Source: Escherichia coli | Lineage (GTDB): Bacteria; Pseudomonadota; Gammaproteobacteria; Enterobacterales; Enterobacteriaceae | Direction: 5' to 3' (one strand) | Length of the DNA stretch: 7,176 bases | Assembly: GCF_965641715.1 (NCBI RefSeq) | Contig: NZ_OZ282458.1 | Shown here: positions 5,827 to 7,176 of the stretch, in pieces | Numbering within the stretch: the stretch's first letter is position 1 | Layout of the letters: the number at the start of each line of letters is the position of its first letter | Position numbers and translations under genes: made by a program | Notes under the pieces: generated by a model | Databases searched by the model: none | The model's input: only the letters and a program-made list of their open reading frames with translations | What the model was told of the DNA's origin: nothing

Positions 5827-5875
5827 TAAATACGAATTTATGTCTCTCAGGGGAGGGGGAGGGGATAAAAAGATC

Positions 5876-5902
5876 AAAGGATCCTCTTGTGATCCTTTTT
5901 TT
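5876..5902 (+). terminator. Rho-independent terminator-like hairpin (AAAGGATC / GATCCTTT stem, 7-nt loop, T7 tail). It is a conserved ColE1 element upstream of the RNAII promoter and would terminate MTase transcripts.
   Basis: The stem is at 5876-5883 and 5891-5898, followed by TTTTTTT ending at 5902. It is homologous to the pBR322 sequence aaaggatcttcttgagatccttttttt. Confidence 0.5.
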
Positions 5903-5915
5903 CTGCGCGTAATCT
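5887..5915 (+). promoter_or_regulatory. RNAII (primer) promoter: -35 TTGTGA at 5887-5892, -10 TAATCT at 5910-5915.
   Basis: It is homologous to the pBR322 RNAII promoter (TTGAGA-17bp-TAATCT) with the same 17-bp spacer TCCTTTTTTTCTGCGCG. Confidence 0.7.
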
Positions 5916-5926
5916 GCTGCCTGTAA

Positions 5927-6034
5927 ACAAAAAAACCACCGCTACCAACGGTGGTTTGTTTGCCGGAATCTAGAGCTACCAACTCTTTCTTCCGAAGGTA
6001 ACTGGCTTGGTGGAGCACAGATACCAAATACTGT
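5927..6034 (-). ncRNA. RNAI: RNAI antisense copy-number control RNA (108 nt).
   Basis: The rc of 5927-6034 begins ACAGTATTTGGTATCTG... and ends ...GGTGGTTTTTTTGTT, matching the ColE1 RNAI ends. Three stem-loops are preserved, with a few substitutions relative to pMB1. Confidence 0.85.
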
Positions 6035-6040
6035 CCTTCT

Positions 6041-6070
6041 AGTGTAGCCGCAGTTAGGCCACCACTTCAA
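6041..6070 (-). promoter_or_regulatory. RNAI promoter: -35 TTGAAG (rc of 6065-6070), -10 TACACT (rc of 6041-6046).
   Basis: It is homologous to the pBR322 RNAI promoter TTGAAGTGGTGGCCTAACTACGGCTACACT. Confidence 0.6.
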
Positions 6071-6449
6071 GAACTCTTAATATCTCAATCCACCTTGTCC
6101 AGTTACCAGTGGCTGCTGCCAGTGGCGCTTTGTCGTGTCTTACCGGGTTGGACTCAAGACGATAGTTACCGGATAAGGCGCAGCGGTCGGGCTGAACGGG
6201 GGGTTCGTGCACACAGCCCAGCTTGGAGCGAACGACCTACACCGAACTGAGATACCAACAGCGTGAGCTATGAGAAAGCGCCACGCTTCCCGAAGGGAGA
6301 AAGGCGGACAGGTATCCGGTAAGCGGCAGGGTCGGAACAGGAGAGCGCACGAGGGAGCTTCCAGGGGGAAACGCCTGGTATCTTTAAGTCCTGTCGGGTT
6401 TCGCCACCTCTGACTTGAGCGTCGATTTTTGTGATGCTCGTCAGGGGGG

Positions 6450-6485
6450 CGGAGCCTATGGAAAAACGCCAGCGGCGTGGCCTTC
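6450..6485 (+). other. oriV: ColE1-type origin of replication (RNase H processing and RNA-to-DNA switch region).
   Basis: It aligns to the pBR322 ori region ...gcctatggaaaaacgccagc.... The location is approximate, about ±15 bp. Confidence 0.6.
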
Positions 6486-6689
6486 TCTGGGTTCTTGTTT
6501 TTTGCTCACATGTTTCTTTTGGTGTTATCCCCTGATTCTGTGGATAACCGCATTACCGTCTTTGAGTGAGCTGATACCGCTCGCCGCAGCCGAACGACCG
6601 AGCGTAGCGAGTCAGTGAGCGAGGAAGCGGAAGAGCGTCGGAAGTTGCATTTTCTCCTTACACATCTGTGCGGCATTTCACACCCGGCA

Positions 6690-6800
6690 TGGCGCACTTT
6701 TCATACAATCTGCACTGATGCCGCATGGTTAAGCCAGTATACACTCCGCTATCGCTACGTGACTGGGTCAGGGCTTCGCCCCGACACCCGCAAGGTCAAC
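6690..6800 (-). other. oriT: bom/oriT region with the nic site CTGG|CTTA, between 6733 and 6734 on the minus strand.
   Basis: ccgcatggttaagccagtatacactccgctatcgctacgtgactgggtca is homologous to the pBR322 bom region. The rc gives ...GTATACTGG|CTTAACCATGCGG, the ColE1-family nick sequence. Confidence 0.65.
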
Positions 6801-6882
6801 GGCCTGACGCGCCCTGACGGGCTTGTCTGCTCCCGGCATCCGCTCACAGACAAGCTGTGACCGTCTCCGGGAGCTGTATGTG

Positions 6883-7074
6883 TCAGAGGTTTTCACCGTC
6901 ATCCCCGAAGCGTGCGAGGCAGCTGCGGTAAAGCTCATCGGCGTGGTCGTGAAGCGATTCACAGATGTCTGCCTGTTCATCCGCGTCCAGTTCGTTGAGC
7001 TTTTCCAGCAGCGTTAATGTCTGGCTTCTGATAAAGCGCGCCATGTTAAGGGCTGTTTTTTCCTGTTTAGTCAC
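6883..7074 (-). CDS. rop: Rop/Rom RNA-one modulator (63 aa, GTG start).
   Basis: The translation VTKQEKTALNMARFIRSQTLTLLEKLNELDADEQADICESLHDHADELYRSCLARFGDDGENL is identical to pBR322 Rop as I recall it. GTG at 7072-7074 (rc) is the known start. The longer 95-aa ORF is an artefact. Confidence 0.92.
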   Translation of the reverse strand: MTKQEKTALNMARFIRSQTLTLLEKLNELDADEQADICESLHDHADELYRSCLARFGDDGENL

Positions 7075-7176
7075 TGATGCCTCCGTGTAAGGGGGATTTC
7101 TGTTCATGGGGTAATGATACCGATGAAACGCGAGAGGATGCTCACGATACGGGTTACTGATGATGAACATGCACGG

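Larger units (their letters stand above)
5924..6465 (+). ncRNA. RNAII: RNAII replication primer precursor. It runs from about 5924 to the RNA/DNA transition near 6455-6480.
   Basis: There is strong sequence identity to the pMB1/pBR322 origin region, including the GC-rich R-loop segment and the ctatggaaaaacgccagc transition region. The PciI-site landmark ACATGT at 6508-6513 lies about 55 bp beyond the switch point, as in pBR322. Confidence 0.7.

Noticed and set aside
5850-5866. The G-rich tract GGGGAGGGGGAGGGG as a G-quadruplex.
   Set aside because: It has only three G-runs on that strand, and an intramolecular G4 needs four. I kept it only as a junction landmark.
5800-7017. ORFs 5800..6027(-), 6415..6618(+), 6506..6697(-), 6615..6860(+), 6768..6980(-) and 6823..7017(+) across the replicon.
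   Set aside because: They overlap RNAI/RNAII, the ori switch region, bom/oriT, and the antisense of rop. This region is non-coding in the pMB1/ColE1 family (apart from rop) and is nearly identical to pBR322 here.
6883-7170. A 95-aa version of the rop ORF (MFIISNPYREHPLAFHRYHYPMNRNPPYTEAS + Rop).
   Set aside because: Rop is known to initiate at the GTG corresponding to 7072-7074 (VTKQEK...). The upstream extension is rop promoter/leader DNA read through in frame.
1-7176. CRISPR arrays, tRNA or rRNA genes, integrase or transposase genes.
   Set aside because: There are no regularly spaced direct repeats and no cloverleaf-compatible segments. No ORF shows recombinase or transposase motifs. The only transposon trace is the solo IR at 3060-3097.

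Overview
This window is most of a ColE1/pMB1-family mobilizable plasmid carrying a foreign low-GC insert. Positions 1-2290 are a ColE1-type mobilization block of moderate-to-high GC: mbeC (truncated 5'), mbeA relaxase with mbeB and mbeD nested in another frame, mbeE, and a cer-like XerCD multimer-resolution site. Positions 5866-7176 are the replicon of the same family: RNAII promoter and primer, antisense RNAI, the RNA/DNA switch region, the bom/oriT nic region, and rop on the minus strand. Between them (about 2290-5866) lies a compositionally foreign mosaic. It contains two translationally coupled small AT-rich genes of unknown function (127 aa and 68 aa, minus strand). It contains a roughly 600-bp ORF-free stretch that includes a solo 38-bp Tn3/gamma-delta-type terminal inverted repeat. 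It contains a divergently arranged candidate Type II restriction-modification pair: a HaeIII-like C5-cytosine methyltransferase (385 aa, with an unusual C-terminal extension of about 90 aa) and a 353-aa candidate PD-(D/E)xK endonuclease, separated by a perfect 9-2-9 palindrome that abuts the endonuclease RBS. The least explained parts are the two-gene operon, the solo IR relic with the ORF-less segment after it, and the architecture and possible autoregulation of the R-M module.
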